Positions 62,969 through 64,000 of a DNA stretch of 64,000 bases are shown one piece after another (within the stretch, counting starts at the first letter, position 1; every line of letters starts with the position of its first letter). Origin of the DNA: Fluviibacter sp. (GTDB taxonomy: Bacteria; Pseudomonadota; Gammaproteobacteria; Burkholderiales; Rhodocyclaceae); assembly GCA_048859965.1 (NCBI GenBank), contig JBLIZO010000015.1, forward strand, positions 3,127 to 67,126, in the 5' to 3' direction. The translations under genes were made by a program, and so were the position numbers. The notes beneath the pieces are model-generated. The model did not search any database. It worked only from the letters and a program-made list of their open reading frames with translations, and had not been told where the DNA came from.

Positions 62969-64000
62969 TCAGGGCGTGGCTTCGGGTTCGGCGAACAGTT
63001 CTTTCAGGAAGGCTTCGCGTTCGGCATCGTCGATCGGTTTGACCTTCCCGTACACGGCGGGAACCGGTGTCGCCGCCGCCGCAGGGCGTGGGTCGCGGAT
63101 CCCTGCGTCAATCCGTTCGAGGATGAAAGGGAAGAACGGGTTGGAGGCGATGCGCGATAGGAAATCCACGTTAACGACCATGACCCCACGTTCGCCACGT
63201 GGTGCGAGGGTGCCTAATTGAACGCCAAAGTCTTCTTTCGAGGTGTCAGGTTCCAGACCGTAGAGCGAGTCGCTGAGTGGGAACGGGATCGAGACATGCG
63301 ACATTGAAAAGATTTCGGCCGGATAGCGTATCCGCAGGGGCGTGACACTGGGCGCAGTTTGGCCGGCATTGAACGTCGTGACCGTCGTCATGTCCGGGTC
63401 TGCGGGATTGTTGCCGATAATGGATAGACGGTAGGGTTGGGGCAGGCTCGGCATGATCCGGTCCAGCATCGTCAGCGAGTTACGGTTCAGCAGGGGGCCG
63501 AAGCGTACCGAACGGTTTACGTCGAAAAGGACGAGTTCGCTGCCATTGGCCGGCAGGTACGTGTAGAGCGAGGTGATGATGGCGCGTGTGCTCACGGTGA
63601 AATCCATGACCGACTGGAATGTCAGAATCGGCGCGATGTCTTTCAGTGTTGCATTATTGGCCATGCGGACGATCTGTTCCTGCAACGCCTGCGTCAGACG
63701 GTGGCTTTGGCGACCGCCGTTGACGGGAAACGAGTTGTATTTGAACGGGTTGAATTCAGGCACGATACTCAGCCAGGCGGCCTTGGCGAACGCAGGCAGG
63801 ACAGCCGGCAGCCCTGCGAAACCGGCCAGTCGGGCAAAACGGGTGATGCCGATCATCGGCGACAACAGAATCAGGCGGTCAGGACGGGCCAGTTGTTTGT
63901 TTTCGATGGCGTCCAAGGCGTATTTGACCGCCAATGCACCGCCGTTGGAAAAGCCGACGATATGCAGGGGGGCTTCGGCACCGCTCAGACGTTTTGCCTC
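62969..64000 (-). CDS. Alpha/beta hydrolase (5' end beyond window)
   Basis: Frame runs off the window; PLHIVGFSNGGALA nucleophile elbow, LLSP, D.TVS, SH. Confidence 0.82.
   Translation of the reverse strand, partial: EAKRLSGAEAPLHIVGFSNGGALAVKYALDAIENKQLARPDRLILLSPMIGITRFARLAGFAGLPAVLPAFAKAAWLSIVPEFNPFKYNSFPVNGGRQSHRLTQALQEQIVRMANNATLKDIAPILTFQSVMDFTVSTRAIITSLYTYLPANGSELVLFDVNRSVRFGPLLNRNSLTMLDRIMPSLPQPYRLSIIGNNPADPDMTTVTTFNAGQTAPSVTPLRIRYPAEIFSMSHVSIPFPLSDSLYGLEPDTSKEDFGVQLGTLAPRGERGVMVVNVDFLSRIASNPFFPFILERIDAGIRDPRPAAAATPVPAVYGKVKPIDDAEREAFLKELFAEPEATP

Noticed and set aside
44856-64000. Prophage or integrative element at tRNA-Phe
   Set aside because: No integrase, phage or conjugation genes, and no tRNA 3'-end direct repeat found by eye in this window.

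Overview
High-GC betaproteobacterial chromosome segment; the Rhodocyclales-like assignment is inferred from gene order and protein style only. Positions 1-44.9 kb are tightly packed housekeeping genes (dcd, LAO decarboxylase, thyA-pgi-folA, glyA-nrdR-ribD, gpmA, grxC-secB-gpsA, bioB-bioC, hemB, argB, aspS, pilBC, ffh, proS, rppH, coq7, rplM-rpsI, tRNA-Phe) with a few small insertions (Fic gene, DMT gene). Downstream of tRNA-Phe the content is accessory: speG, phytochelatin synthase, two patatins, fpr, a large MscS, a 7-gene Mrp/Mnh-type antiporter operon, META, ceramidase-like, SHOCT, GntP permease and a hydrolase. The strongest observation is non-coding. A CU-rich anti-Shine-Dalgarno sRNA (about 43754-43860) and a separate FNR-box-driven, structured, terminated RNA of about 195 nt (about 52012-52206) are complementary: 22 of 23 nt at the 5' end of the second can Watson-Crick pair with the seed of the first. 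This suggests an oxygen-regulated sRNA/sponge pair. No CRISPR array, integrase, transposase or prophage was seen. All calls come from reading the sequence and recognising motifs; no database searches or folding programs were run.
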